64,000 bases of DNA from Sphagnum compactum. Its lineage: Eukaryota. Location: the NCBI GenBank assembly GCA_965153455.1, contig OZ234493.1, positions 24,790,213 through 24,854,212 on the forward strand. Reading direction: 5' to 3'. Shown here in pieces: positions 1 to 14,900 of the stretch (its first letter is position 1; each line of letters opens with the position of its first letter). The notes under the pieces were generated by a model. That model was not told the origin of the DNA. It ran no database searches and worked only from the letters and a program-made list of their open reading frames with translations. The translations under genes were made by a program, and so were the position numbers.

Positions 1-1097
1 ATCTATGGCAGGTGAAACTGGAGGTGCATAATGTGGATGACCACCGTCTTGCAAAGGAGCTTGACACACGAGAGAAGCTTGTCAGCCTTGTACTTCAGGA
101 GATAAATGAGGCAAACCTTGCATGCACAACTTAAGCTGTCATGTTGATGGTAGATGATCAGGCACATGTTGCTCAATTGATTCCATAGATTATTTGCCGT
201 TTTCTGAGATGCATGCAAGCATTTTTTCAGGAAAGTTTGTTTCCAGCCTAAATATGAACAATACCTAAGATATTCCCAAAGCAACCCTCCAGACAACCCA
301 GATGTGGCGAACATTGGTTGCACAATCCTCAATATTTGACTGAGTAAATATTTTTAGGTAGTCCAGACATCAATCTTGTGTTCCTGTCGGAAAATTGACT
401 GGTCAAGTACCATTCACACATTAGATCAGTAGAACCTAACCATAGAATACTTCAGCCAGTAGAGCACCAACTTCTGTACGACTCTAGCGATAAATAGCTG
501 GTCAGTACAACTGTAAATCTGCTGGATGGAGCCATCATGCATGTAAAACATTAGTGATAAACAAGCAACTAGGGCTTTGTATATTAACCGACTTGCCATA
601 ATCTGATGAGATGAAAGCAATTCTAAAATCATCAATTCACTTCCTTTCTTCGTCAGTCAACCTTATTGTGTAATAAGGTACCTCATCAGCTAATGCTATT
701 ATTCCTCAGGTTTGCCAGCCAGGGCACTCTTCTTCTCAGCTGTCACTAGAAACCAAAAATTGTTGATGAGATTGCTGTTCAATTGCAATTACACCAGTTG
801 CATGCACACCAAAAATGCCCAACCTGTTCTTGGGAATCTGTATCCAAGGAAAAAAACAATAACAGAAAATCTCAACAGAGATGTGTGAAATGACAACTGC
901 ATGTCCAGGTTTGCAATGTAAGATGGCATCTGCTTACTAGAATCCTCAAATGTGATCACTGAACAGAGAAACTCCATTATTTTCCAGGGGCAGCAGTACA
1001 CTAAACAATAAAGTCATAAACACAGCTGTGGTGCACAAAACAAATGGCTGGATTCCACAAACCAGTCAACAATCATCGAAGTCCTCCAAAAGTTAAT

Positions 1098-3822
1098 TTA
1101 CATCCGTGGTGCTGCAGCAGAACCCACCAGCAAATTCAGCACATCAAACATGACACATAGCACTCACAGATCCTTTGTGCAAACTGTTTAAGTCAAGTTA
1201 GTTAAATTTTCTAGAATGTTAAATAGCTTCAAGAGGATCCAAGAGCAAGGCAACAACTTTGCATTGAAAGTGTCTTTTACCTCCACCAAGGGTAGCTTCA
1301 GGTAGTCGCTCTATGGAGTACCGATGTTGTGTAATGTACATGATAGGAACACCAGGAATCTGCAAGAGAGCAACCCATCACATCAATCCCTGGCACCTAG
1401 TCTAGAAAACATGTTGCAGTATGCCCCATGCCAAAAACCAGTCCTGTAACTCTAGAACAAGTGTGCCATTACAACACAATTTACTAAAGAAAGCCAAAAC
1501 AAAGCCTAACAAAGCCCATGTAGGAAAGTCTGCTGCAGGTGAACATTTGTCACCTTGCGAATGCGACGCTTCAAATCTCGATCACAAGTGGCCACAATGT
1601 AACACTTATGCTGCAAGCCAACCATATCTCACTGGTTCAGTCAAACTAGACATCACTAGTAGGAAAATTGGTAGAAACACTGGAAACTACAAGGCAGTTA
1701 GCAATCTACAATCCAAAATTGTAGTTAGTTAGAGAAAGGATACAGGAAATATGGGGTGGGCCTACTTGGGTAACACGTTCAACAAGACAGTCATCAGCAT
1801 ATGTGCCCTTGTGAGTGCATGGCAACCTGTCGAATCGTGGGTCCTTCGCAATCCTGTTATACGTGCTCAAACTTCAGAACTGTTCCAAGCACCACAAATC
1901 AACACTAACAAACAATACAACGTATACACAGACAAGGACTTCAATATGGCAAACAAAACTTCACCCACCACACTGACATATACAAAGAGAATTTTTCAAA
2001 CAAGTACTATAGTCTATAAGACAAACAATTGGTGTTCAACCAGGCCACTACCATGACCAAAAAACAGCTTCCAAAGAAGCTATCACTTTGCAGAGCACCT
2101 TTGAAGCATTGTTGTTCAAAGAATCTATTTTACAAGCAACAACACATGAACTGAAGGAAATACCAGATTGAGGGAGGCAATGTGATCAGAGGACTTTCCT
2201 ACCTCAAAGCAACACGATACTTTTGACCCAGCTTTTCAAGCTCAGCCATGACACAGTCTGTGATGCATGGAGTACCTGCTTTCCATGCCATACAGCCCCT
2301 TTGTATGCATTGCAAAGGCCATAGTAATAAGACAAAAAGGTGAATATCGCTTGAAACTCTTTGTGTGATCCACTTACAACAAAGTCATCCTAGGCTCAAA
2401 CTCAACAGTGGGATCCAATCATGATGCTGAAGGGACAGATGTGATACTTACACTTGGCATACAGACAATCCATCATTGCCTTCTCCAAATCCAACTGCAA
2501 AACATCGTAGATAGAAAGCTTTCATAGTTAAAATACATTCAACATGACCATTATTGTTAGAGACATAGACAACAGTGGATTTCATAGGTTGAGAAAAAGG
2601 CCATATGGTTTGCTTGCCCATGTGCCAAATTCAATCTGTGAATTGGTTGCAATGAATAGAAAAAAGGAGTCCTGGGGAAAGGAGAAGGTTCAGAACAGGA
2701 ATTCACGAACAACTACAAGATTTGCTGAAATACAATTAAGTGAAAGAGAGAACTAAATGTGTATGAGAAAAACAAAGTGCTAGCTAGCAGACAAACCTTG
2801 TTTTGAATGGAGAAGTTGATGAAGTTTGTATCCACCAGCACCTGATATGGTGGACCTAGTGCAGTGTTGTACTTGAAAAAAAGCGCTGAAGATGTGTTGG
2901 GTCTGCAAAACATTCAAGCACACTTGCTAGTCCCACTTAACATATCTAGCTTCAAAGACTGTGGCCACAAGACATTTGCACTAGCTTTGGACTGAGGAAG
3001 AACAATATCTTCCAGGGAAAGTGTTCCATTCTCTCTCCACAAATGCACATATCACTGGGCTATTACCATCTCAAAAAAGCTTGTCTGTTCTCTATACATT
3101 ATACAATTATGAACTGCCCATGTATTCAGAGACAAGGATCAAAATTTCAGTTGCTTGAGATTGCCTCCCCTCTTACATACTTCAAAAATTTCAACTAAAA
3201 ATGCAGTATTTCTTTTGACCTTGAACCAATAGGCTTTCCCTCCTGCCCAAAGTCCATAAGTAGCGAAGGATGTGAAGGCAGATGTGCACAAATACTGAGC
3301 TCTTGCTTCTCACTCCAGTAAACTTTGCAAGTATCAAGCTTCATACCTCAGAAACTCAACGATCGGCCAAAAATTGAGTATGACCTACAGGAAAGCTAGG
3401 ATTCAACAAACGAAATTGGCGCAAAGAATTTCAGGGTCTGGGCACGTACACATTTCTTGGGAGTTTCTCTTTCTCAGTATTTTTCTTTGAAGGATTCAGC
3501 ACATCCTCTTTATACCTGCAAAGCACATACGCGGATCCAACTATACCTCATTACCAAACTGATAGATGTTTTCTTCCAAACCCCCCTAAGAGAAAGAAAA
3601 ACAGAGCCTCGCACACAAAGTATAGTCAGATGCCCAAAACAAAAGACGGAAGTGCATCGGCGAAAATTTCTACAGATTTTGGATTCCTCACTGAGAACAA
3701 CGCAGACACACACACACAAAGCATAATGGTGAGTGGTAGCGGAAAACTCACTGCTTCACAGCACGAGGCGTTAGCATGCGCTTCATCTGCGCAAATTTTC
3801 TAGTCTTCTTCGCCTTACCCAT
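1098..3822 (-). CDS. FCF1: rRNA-processing protein FCF1/UTP24 homolog (PIN-domain endonuclease), 9 coding exons, about 198 aa
   Basis: GT-AG exons 3822-3752, 3515-3450, 2902-2797, 2494-2452, 2275-2203, 1853-1766, 1610-1554, 1359-1281 and 1111-1098 join in frame (597 nt). Translation: [17 protein letters not shown]...[121 protein letters not shown]...GGAPRM*, the conserved FCF1 sequence. Confidence 0.96.
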
Positions 3823-3949
3823 TTCGCTAATTTCTGTAGCCTCAAAGTGCAGACCGACGCTCGAATTGCAAACCAACGATCAAGCGCACAACGCACCAGA
3901 GATTCACGCTCCCTCGTACTCTCGAGTGGACGGGATGCGGGCTCAAGCA

Positions 3950-4040
3950 TTTAGGGTTTAGGGACTAGGGTTTGAGGGACTAGGGTTGTGGGTAATTCGC
4001 AACTACGGGCAGGGCCTCTCAAAACATTCGGGCCTTGCCC
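3950..4040 (-). promoter_or_regulatory. FCF1 proximal promoter with a telo-box cluster and GGGCY site-II-like motifs
   Basis: TTTAGGGTTTAGGGACTAGGGTTTGAGGGACTAGGGTT (AAACCCTA on the gene strand) lies about 130 nt upstream of the ATG, followed by GGGCC motifs. This combination is typical of plant ribosome-biogenesis gene promoters. Confidence 0.6.
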
Positions 4041-6989
4041 GCATGTGCCTTGCCCCAAACTTCTTCTTTGTGAAACAAAGACAATCAAGGTTTTTTTTTT
4101 TTTTTTTAAATTCACCCAATTTTTTATATTAATAATTTGGCAATTTTTTCCAAATTTTAATGAGGAAAAGTTGTCATACTTAGAGTACAAAAACAAAAGT
4201 TCCCAACTCTTTTTTTTTTGTGGAAAATTAAATTATTGAAGAACAAAAACACTAAACATAATGACGTCAATTCTTTTGATGTTAGGGAGTTGAATGAAAT
4301 TTTAGTTGATTAAAAAAAAATTGTAAAAATAAAAAAATTTAAATGTGGTTTCGATCTATCTTTTCACTTCTTGTCACACAAACTTGTGCTTCAATAAATC
4401 AACATTGACTTAATGTTGATACCATATGATTAGTGTTACAAGATGATACAATGCAAAAATCAATACAAATTGTTGTAAACATGAACCTATAGTCTACAAC
4501 CCAACATTGTCTCAATGATAAAACAATAAGGTCATTTACAACATATACTCAATGCATTGTTAATGTTCATTGAAACGCAAATTTGAATCAATGTGGATCA
4601 AGTTCAAATCAACCAAAAAAAAATTGTATCTATGTTTTTAAATCAATATTACATCATTATCAAATTATTGTAATCGTGACACATACACCATGTCAATAGA
4701 AATAGTATTGTAAACACATTAATTTGTTAGTTTTTGGCATTGCAATGAACCTTCACCTAGATCATGTTCATCAAGGTAATGTCACGCCCACATTAGTTTA
4801 GTGGTCTTTTGATTTTGCACTAAACATTCACGTAAACCATGTTTATAAGAACAATGTTGTACTCATATTATTTTAATGATTTTTGACATTCAACATTCAC
4901 TGAAACCATGTCCATAAGGATAACAATGCACTTGTAATGTCTCAATGATTTTTAAATTTTGATTTAATTGAACTTTTATCTAAATCTTGTGTATTTATCG
5001 CAAAAATTTCAATATTAAGAAATTTCAATAGAATCAATGTGAAATCATAAAGCAATATGTTTGTGCAAAATCCATGAGCTTAAAAATGTAAAAATGACAC
5101 AATAAATATATATTATTTTTATATAAATGGTGTGTTTTTTCTATTTATGATGTTGTGATGTGAAATACATACAATTTACATTAAAAATTAAGTTCATGTA
5201 ATTATCATATTGTGATTCTTGTGTATTAAACATCAACATTTAATTATGTCATTCAAAAATATATATTCATATGTTTGAATACTTAAAATATTGAATACGT
5301 ACAAATATCGTTCATATTAACCATAGGATGGAATTCATGCAATTTATGTACAAATTTATGAAGTTTGGTTCGTTTATGATGTTGATTTTTCATTGAATAA
5401 TCATTTAAACCTTATATACAGAAAACAACATTACATCTATAATGTTTTAATATTTTTGACTTTACATTAAACATTCATATTAATTTGAATTAAATTTCAT
5501 TAATATTAAAGTTATTTGTAAAGTCATGTGAATTAAATATGGGAAGCACTAGTTTTGTGAAAATGTATGTGTAACCCAAAATCAAGTGCAAAAAATGAAG
5601 AAGGGTTTTCAACAAGGTATGAAATTTAGTTTTGAACTTGAAGTGGGGAATCAAACTAGTTTCATGTTATGCTTGTGCCCATTGAAAAAAAATCACAAAA
5701 CAACCATTATTACAAAATTAGGTTTATTCAACTAGAAAATCTAGTTAAAAAGGACCCAAAGAAGGTAGGTGTTAAAAAGACCATCTTGTCAATATGGACA
5801 AGTTGATTTGGACAATGTTCACTATAATTAGGTGATTTTATTTTACCAAGCCCAGGTTGGCAATTTTGACTAGTATAAATGTGATCTGTTTCATTTATCA
5901 AGTGAATCAAACTATAAAATATTGTTGGCACCAAATGTGGCAAGGAAGCAGTTTGTGTTGGAGTTTCATGCCTCAGCAAAGTGTTGGTTGCAACAATGTT
6001 GTTGAGCGCAAAGACTTGGCAACATTGTTGAGTGCAAAGACCTTTGAAGTGTAGAAGGTTTTATAGGTGTTTAACATTGAAGACCCACTCACATAACAAG
6101 TGAGGACTAAAACTTTAAGATTATGCTTGAGAGTGGAAGAAGGATGGTGTGTTTAAAAAAATTCAAGGCAAGTGACGAAGACCAATACATCTTCAAGAAT
6201 TGTTGTTTTCATGAACTTTCTCTATGGGAGGCTTGCTTATTGTCATTATGGTCTTGATCAATTGTATGGTGCAAGTTTTGTAAATGGATGCATTTTGTGG
6301 ATAAACATTATGTGTGGATGCACTACATAGTTCACAATTAATTATATAATCCATTTTATGTGTGAATGCATTACGTAGTGAACTTTGTAGTAACGCCAAA
6401 GTTGCCATTAACATTTAACTGAAAATGTGCATTTCTAGAAAACAGCTTAGAAAATTAAACCTCTCCTTATGCACACCCTACTTTTGCTCCTCCTTGATGT
6501 GATTGTGATAAGCTAGATTCTATTGCGCCTACAACTCCACAAGAACCCATCATTACTTTGGCATCTACATTGAGTTAATAAAATTAGTATATGGTTGTTA
6601 GTGATAGTATGGGTGGCATCCCCTTAAGATTGTCAAAGGTAACAACCTTTTTTATTGTAAGTCAATCATTTAACTATGGATTAAAAGGTGTTATGTCAAA
6701 AAATGATCACACCTTTAATTTGACATTTTGAATTCTTGTTTGTAGATGCCCAATTTAGGGTTACCCAAAGAAAAACCCAAAGTTTAGAAGCCCAAATTGC
6801 ACCTATGTAACACTTTGTAATTATTGAGGTTTAACATGACTTTTGGTTTACAAATGAATTTCTTTTTCTAATTTTTACATCTTTGGGAATCATTCCATTT
6901 ACTCTTGCATCATCTATGTTATCCTCAAGAGGCACCATTTGGATGTTTTGGTTTGCAGTTGAAACGGTTAATTTTCGATATTTAATCGA

Positions 6990-7810
6990 AAAACCAACAT
7001 TTGAATCCTTGGTTTCCTTCACTGTAATTTGAAGGTAAGAATCTACCTTTAATTTTCTAGGTTGAAATTATAATGAAATTCATGTTTTTATGAACATTTG
7101 GGTTTTAAACCATGAATATGGCAAACTGGTGAATACCTTATGTCCAGTTACATTTAAATTGAACCAACATTTGGATCCTTGGTTTTCCTCATTGTAACTT
7201 GAAGGTAAGAATCTACTTTTAATTTTTGAAGTTGAAACTATAATGAAGTTCATGGTCTAATGAGCATTTGGGTTCTAAGTAGTAGGTATGGTAGACTAGT
7301 GGATCATTTATGTTTGATTACATTTAGACTAAATTAAAATTTGGATTTTGGCTTTATGGTTTCTTACTACAAGGTAATAATCTACCTTTAAGTTTCAAAA
7401 ATTAAATTCTAATGAAGTTCATGGTTTGCCAGTGTTTGGGTTCTTAGTCATGACTGCTAGGTTGGTCATACTTCATTCAAATTGAACTAGTAGTTAAATC
7501 CTTGGTTTCTTGGTTTACAAATACAAAGTAAAAAAATTTCTTTCTATGTTAAAGTTATGGTGAGGTTCATGGTTTGATGAGTATTTGGGTTTTGAATCAA
7601 TAATGTTTCCGTATGAATGCATTCAAACTAAACTAACAATTGGACCTTGGTTTTTTGGTTTACTAATTATGCAAAGTAAGAATCCATTTTTCTATAAATT
7701 GATGACACACTAGTCCATGCCTCATGTTTGAGTCATGACAAATTGAAATTAGCATTTGCATCCTTAAACAATTCATCTACAACTTGAAGGCAAGAATCTA
7801 CACCTTACCT
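6990..7810. repeat. Degenerate tandem repeat, about 5-6 units of about 140-170 bp
   Basis: The motif AACATTTGGATCCTTGGTTT...GAAGGTAAGAATCTACCTTT...TAATGAAGTTCATGG recurs near 6997, 7166, 7338, 7490, 7635 and 7750. Confidence 0.7.
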
Positions 7811-7984
7811 TTTTCTATTTGTGAAATCACTTGAAGATCTCCAACTTGAAGGCAACCCAAGAATTAGGGGTAATTTTAAAAAAGGATTTTAAAACAAAAG
7901 TTAGAGCTTGCTTGGACTTGTAGTTATAAATATCCAATCCATCCATAGTTTGTTGGATTAGGAAGGTGTTCACCAATCACCTCA

Positions 7985-9102
7985 TATGTGAGGTCCCTCC
8001 TCCTCCTATGTAGGAAATTAGTGAGTAGGACAACATATTGGAGAGGTGGTTGAATTTTGATTTTGTGTTATCAAATCTTTTCACGAGTCTCTTCCATTTT
8101 ATTTTCAAGCCTCCAATACCCCAACTTCATTGCATTCAATATTCGACATGCATCTTGTCATATGCTTGTATGACATCTAGGTTTGAATTGAGAACTACCT
8201 CCCGTCTCCCAATCCTTGTCATTATAAACATTTCATCTCTCATGTAATTGGGATTTCTCGACATAAATTCAAAGTGATTGTCATCATGAGTAAAATATTA
8301 ACGTTATTCCTTGTAAAGTGTGGAGTGGCAAAAGATATTGACATTGTGGCAAGAACTAAGGTATGTGGTATCTTTGTAGATGAACAAGCCTATGTGGTCA
8401 AGAATAACAATGTTGTTCATAACATAAATTTTCTTTTGTCCATTAAACTAAGACCGATGACCTCGGTCCTTCCAAGGCTTCCATATCTCAACTAAGGTTC
8501 CATCAATGAACCTTTTGTATCCTAATAACTCAAGCAAATGGGTGCCCAATGTAGTTATTTCTTGGGTTGTATGCCAATGGATTTCGTTTGCAATGGAAGC
8601 ATTAATGTAAGATGAAATGAACAAAACATCATCACACATAAAACTCTTGGACCAAATCCACATAAAATAGTCATACCTTGTGATGTTGTCATGTGTCATG
8701 AACAAAGTAAAGTTCAAAAGCCTTTCTTGAAGGTTTAATTTTGATGGTCTTTTAATCACAAGAAAATCTTCACATGTAGACCTTAGTATGTGAGATGATG
8801 ATAGGCACCATAAGGCATGCAAGCTCCCCAAACTTGATGGCAATGAAGTTTATGAAATTCTTGAATAATGTCAAGGTGGCTTGCATTGTGGCCAACACAT
8901 CTCAGACACTAATGGCTAGGTCCATTTATTGCCCATTACCTTTTTCCATTTCATGCGAGTTGAAAAACTCTTGAGCATTGCATGCCACCAACCCACATTG
9001 AAAGAACAATGTAGCCTTTTCATTCATGTCATACAAAATATCATCATCGCTTGAAGAAGAATTGAAATGTGAAAAGGTGCTTGAACTTGAAGAAAAATCC
9101 AT
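7985..9102 (-). mobile_element. Degenerate PIF/Harbinger-type DDE transposase (DDE_Tnp_4-like) remnant
   Basis: The interrupted minus-strand frame begins MDFSSSSSTF...SSSDDD and contains FIDGTLVEIWKPW (first catalytic D region) and AYDKMH...WGIGGLKIKWKRL...LLTNFLHRRR (the E..FG.LK.RW region). Multiple stops and frameshifts. Confidence 0.7.
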
Positions 9103-9894
9103 TTGCTAAAAAAGAAAGAACAAAAGAATTTGAAAAAAACAGACCTTAAAAAGAACAACAAGAAAACACTAATTCAATGTGAAAAAAGGAACCTTGGGAC
9201 AAACTAAACCCTAATGAGAAATGTAAAAATAAATATAAAATGGAAAAAAAACAAACTTGAAAAATAATAAACCCTAAATACAAAGAACAAGAGAGAAAAA
9301 AAAAAAAAAAGAACTTGAACAATACAAATCCAAAAGAGAAAACCATGTTGTGCTTCAAACATAAATTCAACTCTAAAACCCTAACCTTGGCATTTTTTTC
9401 CCATAGACTAGTAACATACCAAATCCCAAAATTAAAAAAACCATGAAACCTCCCCCCCATGTTAAAACGCCACACACCAAACCCAAGTTGTCAAAAACCA
9501 CCATAGAAAAAATAATAATATATCTTTGGGGTAGCCTGGACATTTTTTTTCATCCCTAGTTTCTGAATCTGATCCCCAATTTTCGAGTTTCATCCCTAGT
9601 TCAATACACTTTGCGGACAACATGAAACTAGGGATGAATTGAAAAATGGCAGTCTAGAGGGAGGTGAAGAAGCTATGTCGCACACACATTTCAACCTGCC
9701 TTTGTTGAGCTTCACATCTTGTTTGTGTGTTTGCTTCACATTTAATTGTTAGAATATTTTTGTCATTGCAAAACATTTCTTTGCATTTAACTCATTTGGC
9801 ATGAGCTTTACTAATTTCAAAATTAGGGTATGAAAATGTCTCGAGATGCCCTGACCGCCTTCGGTGGACTGAAGAACGCCGGGGTCATGTTCCG

Positions 9895-9915
9895 CATTAG
9901 GGTTTAGGGTTTGGG
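9895..9915. promoter_or_regulatory. Telo-box-like motif upstream of the EngB-like gene
   Basis: TTAGGGTTTAGGGTTTGGG at the start of the GC-richer 5' region of the GTPase gene. Confidence 0.45.
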
Positions 9916-10284
9916 AGAGTCGCTGTGCCGACGCTCTTCCTCCTGGGGTTTTTCTTGAAGACGGTGTTTTCGCTCTTGGTTGGTGGAGCGATGAGAGTTA
10001 TCTGGTAGAATCCTGCAGTGTTCTGTGATAAATATTGTCTGCAGGGCGAAAGTCCCCATTTAAGCGGAAAACCAGAGCATTGAGCATGCGCGAGTAAACC
10101 GGATTTAATGCGCGGGTTTGAATCATGTTTAACATCTCTTGCACTAGTGTTTGCAAGCAGTTGCCATGCCTACGACAAGGGATGTGATCTGTTGCTCTGG
10201 TTGTAGGGTTCTTGGTTTTCTCTGTGGCCAGTATGCTTGGAGGAAAATCTGCAAGGCTTAAGTGTCTTTGAGAATTCTGTGACT

Positions 10285-11913
10285 ATGGGTTTTCATCAGA
10301 GGTTGTTGTTGCTACCAGCTTGTACGCATTGTCGTTGTGCCATACTACCCACATCGCTTTCACTTTCCCGCGCTTTGAACACAGTCTGTCTCTTCTCTAC
10401 TCAACCTTTAGCTCTCGCCCGCCCCCGCACTGCACCTCCTTCAGCGCCAACAATCTCAAGCAAATGGTGGAAGGAAGCAGCACCGTTGCGGGGGTTGTGT
10501 CTCGGTTTCTTTTCTCATCAATTCAGCAGTAGAGCAAGAACTAGGGTTGCAACAGCTCAAGCTCGACTCTCCGAAGTCTCTTTCACAGAAGAGTCAGGGC
10601 TTGTTTTGACAGATACTGGCAACCAAACTCTAGAAGGAGATAATAGTAAGGCTGTGAAAAAGTTACCGGGTTCGAATATAGTGATCTCTGGACCAGATTT
10701 AGGCCGCACTGCGCAAGTGAAGCAAGCTGAGTTCATCAAGAGCAGCAGCAAGGAGACGGAGTGTCCTACTGAAGGATTCCCTGAAATTGCATTAGTTGGC
10801 CGCTCCAATGTTGGGAAATCGTCCTTGATAAATGCGATGGTCCAGCGCAAAGAGCTAGCGCAGACCTCCAAGAAGCCTGGTGCATGTCTATCCTTCTGCT
10901 TATCCTCCCCCCCTCTCTCCACCCGTCTCTCCCATTATGGCAATGTCTCTTACATGATATCATCTTGCAGGTAAAACACAGCTCATCAACCATTTCCTCA
11001 TCAATAAGAAGTGGTACTTGGTGGATTTGCCTGGCTATGGGTAATTCTTCTTTCTTTTCTTGCTCATATTTGTTGCATGAAATCAACTTTGGATGTGTCT
11101 TTGTACTCATGTTCTTGGAGATCTTCCACCAAACAGCAAGTACTCAGCTGAATTCTTCCACGGTTGAAAGTCTAACACTCACCACAGTCAGATATTCCGA
11201 AGGGCAAGAGAACCTTGAAATTGTGTTTGTAGCAGTCTTTCTTGTGTATATGAGGAGGCAGTTTTGAGGACTGGATGGGTAGAGCCCTGGGCATTAGAGT
11301 GCGAAAGGAACTCAGCGCCACAAAGGTTTTGAGATTGGGAGAGGGTGGCTGTAATTGCAGGTTTGCAAAGGCTCCAACAGCCATCCGCACTGATTGGAAT
11401 GAGTTCACAAAAGACTACTTTCTGAATCGAAAGACACTTGTCACAGTGCTGTTGTTGGTTGATGCATGCATCCCTCCACAACAAATTGACCTTGACTGCA
11501 TTGATTGGCTTGGCCGAAACAAAGTAAGTTGGCATTTGCTTCTCTTGTATCTGGACTTCAGGTAGCAACAGTCTTTTGATTTTTTTTCCTCTCCTAGTAC
11601 ATCATGAGCAGAGAGACATTAACTTCCACTCATCTTACATACTCGTTAATAATATTAGCTTACACTCCTGTAAACCTCTGTTTGTGGAATATTGTAGATT
11701 CCAGTCACTATTGTATTCACCAAGTGCGACAGGAAGAAGAAGAAAAAGAATGGGGGGAGAAATCCTGAGGAAAACATACAGGATTTTCTAGACAAACTGA
11801 AGGCCTTCTTCGATGACACTCCACCATGGATCATGACCAGTGCAACAACAGGACAAGGGAGGGATGAACTGATGCGGCACCTTGCCCAGTTGAGATTATT
11901 TTGGGATAGTTGA
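10285..11913 (+). CDS. engB: EngB/YihA-family ribosome-biogenesis GTP-binding protein, probably organelle-targeted (At2g22870-like), 4 exons, about 347 aa
   Basis: Exons 10285-10879, 10971-11040, 11361-11523 and 11698-11913 join in frame. Motifs: G1 GRSNVGKS, G2 KPGKT, G3 DLPGYG, G4 TKCD, and C-terminal [25 protein letters not shown]. The long Ser/Arg-rich N-terminus resembles a transit peptide. Confidence 0.94.
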
Positions 11914-14900
11914 GAGTTTAATACAAACTTGCTTCCACTTCTTTGTTGTTGTAGTCTGTCCTGCACAAGCTGGACTGTTACTTTCTGCCTGGTACGCACT
12001 CGTTATGTCAAGAGTTGTTTCTCTCAAGCAAGCAATGACGGGAATTGGACATTTTCTTTGTATAATGTTAACCTTGAGAACTAACTTGTACATGGACCAA
12101 GTTTTATTGCCTTCCCTGTTTTGATCTAATATATGAGAGTGTAGGGCTGTGGATGTGAATGCTGGAAATTGAATGCAAATTGCTAATCAGGATCCTTGTG
12201 CTCATGGACTCAAATGCATGGATATAGAGGGTAAATGGTGTTGCAGATCAATTCACATGTTGGAACTGGCTGTTTACGTACAAATACACCTCTGGGATGT
12301 ATTTCCACTCTGTCCTGTTTGCTGATATGTCAAAAGAGATGTGAACTCTCGAGAACCTTATATTATCGTGTCATCTCTCAGTTCCATTCGTGTTGACTCA
12401 GCATGGAGTAGTGCTTCAGTTGTGACAAAGATGCAGTTGAGCCGCCATGTTCCAGTCAGTTAATGTTCTACTCATCACCACCTTTGCTGTTTTGTTCTGT
12501 GAATGTGCACAATCTTCATATCCAACTCCTTCCTAAGAAACTGATGGCCTGGTAGAACATTGAAGGCCTTTTGAGGTTGAGTTTTGGGTGGCTGGTCAAT
12601 GGACTATCCCTTGTGGTGGATTGGAATTCTATCAATTTTCATCAAATCATTTTGACAACTGTCTCTGTCGACAACTCCAGTATTGGCAGTCCAGTCTGGT
12701 AATGACAACAATTTGTAAGCAACTTCTGAAGAAAATGATTAGAAGAGGGCAGACAAATAACTATTTCTACCAGAACCATCATCATTCACTGTAACTGTTC
12801 TTTGTAAGAGTACCTGTATGGTGATCAGTGATCATGGAGCTATAGAAAATCATTAGCAATTTCACTTCTTTTCACTTTGGCATTGACAGAGCACTGATAC
12901 TTTGTATAAGACAATGTTTGCATGCACCCTTTGGTCTCTCACAAAAGGATCTCACAATCAACACTCTTGTATTGCCTGTGCTTTGATGCTGGTTTAAAAG
13001 CTTTGATATCATAGAGGACAAACCTCTGCTTTGCAAAATTTGACTTTCCTGTGAGTATGCTTGCAAGTGACACATCATTGTTGCCAAGTAAAGCACAAGA
13101 GATCAACACCTAAGCATCTGCTTGAAGACTTTGCAAGAACTCAGGGGAGGTAGCTAGTATATAGTGACAGATAGCAATTGTACTATCTGTTCCATTAGAG
13201 AAAGGTTGCTGTGGAAGGCAGGTAAGGGATAGAGCAGGTGGGGTGACTAGGGATTAGCCAAGTGTTGTTTCTTGTCTTGCTGTAATTCGAACTGTGCAGA
13301 GTTCCTGTATTTCTGCAGAATTTTTGTTCATTGTAACCTAGAAGCATCAACCACATCTCAAATCACCTTCAAGCTGGGAGTGGGAAACTAATCTGAACTG
13401 CAAGAGGGTCCGCAAATGCATCCAGCCAGCAGAACTTTGTTCAACTGGTAGCACGCTTTCTTTGTGCAACCACCGAAAACCGACCAATTCTTTTCCAGAT
13501 CCTGCTTTGTAAGCACTGATGCTCACCTTCTCTTGTATTTCTTCTCATTTGTGATGAACATATAAAGCTACCATAAAATTATGCCTGCTGGTGCACACAG
13601 AACCTGCTCTAGTTTCTTTCTTGTCATCCTGATTTAAAAATGGAATCATGCAAGGTGTAGTGGTTGAGGTTATCACATGCAGCCATTTCACCTTGTTGCA
13701 CTGTACCCTTCAATGTTGCTCTGGAATTTCAAGGAGGTGATAAACATAGATAGTGCACAGGTATAACTGTGTTACTCTTACCTTGCATTGTGGGGCATGT
13801 ACATGAAGGCAGATATGTTGTGGATTCACATGGTGTCCACCATCACATCCTTCATGCTGTGTTGAATTTTCCTGTTATAGAGGTAAATGGTGATATTGAT
13901 TCATTCTGCACCCATTTTTTCCTTGCATGGAAGTGACTGTCTGGCATCAGGTACTTCAAACAACCTTGGTTACATCTGTGAACAACATTTTGGTGATAGG
14001 CTTCTGCCAGGCAACCATGCATTTAGCATGAATAGAACAAGATTGATGCAAATTTTTATAGATCATCTGTAATACATTCCCAAGTCACAGATGCACTTAC
14101 AATGAACATTCTGCCTTCGCCATTACATTCAAGGCAATGAGCATGCAGAGCAACCTTAGAAACCAGCAGTGGAATCGCATGGGTAAGTATAAGGAACTAT
14201 GACCCTTTTTCCTTTGCTTGCTTATTCACAGTGCTCAAACAATACGTCATTGTGTTGAATGTGCCACCATCTAAGTCATCATCTATACCATTTGTAACCA
14301 GAGTCATGATTCCAACACAGAAACAAACCAATGAGAGCTTAAATGCATGTTCCAATCATACTGCAGACTTTGGTCAGGGACATGAGAAAGAGTAGTGTTC
14401 ACTTATTAGTCACAAGACTTGCATTTAGAGGACAACAATTTGTTCCTCTTCTTCACATATCACAAATTGTTCAAGATAGCAGCTTTGTTTTTGCTTCATA
14501 TTCACAACGCAAATCACATTTCTATAGGTTTATTTCCTCATACTTGCTGATAAGAAGCAAATTTGCCACAGGACATGGATTGAATGGACAGGTTGATTTT
14601 CCATGCACAATGTGATGTATAAATAGAAACAAAGCCTCATCTGCCCTCTTTACTGCTGTAGGGAATGCTATAATCATCCGGGGGCCTTATTGATCACCAT
14701 TTACACTGCTGTGGTGCCTCCTTCTGTGCCTTGGGAGCATTCCGCTGAGAACTGAGTCCTATTCTTCCAGCTTTTCAAATATGAATTTTTTTCCAAACAA
14801 TACAACTTACACTTGATTTGGAATGAGAGATTGACTGCATATCTATGACATTGCTGAGAAATCTCCACAACAACAAATTGAAGGTAACAAATTAATGAAT

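Noticed and set aside
10040-10100. GGCGAAAGTCCCC resembles the CR-I motif of RNase MRP RNA
   Set aside because: No matching CR-V/P4 partner and no USE/TATA Pol III promoter were seen. It lies in the GTPase 5' region.
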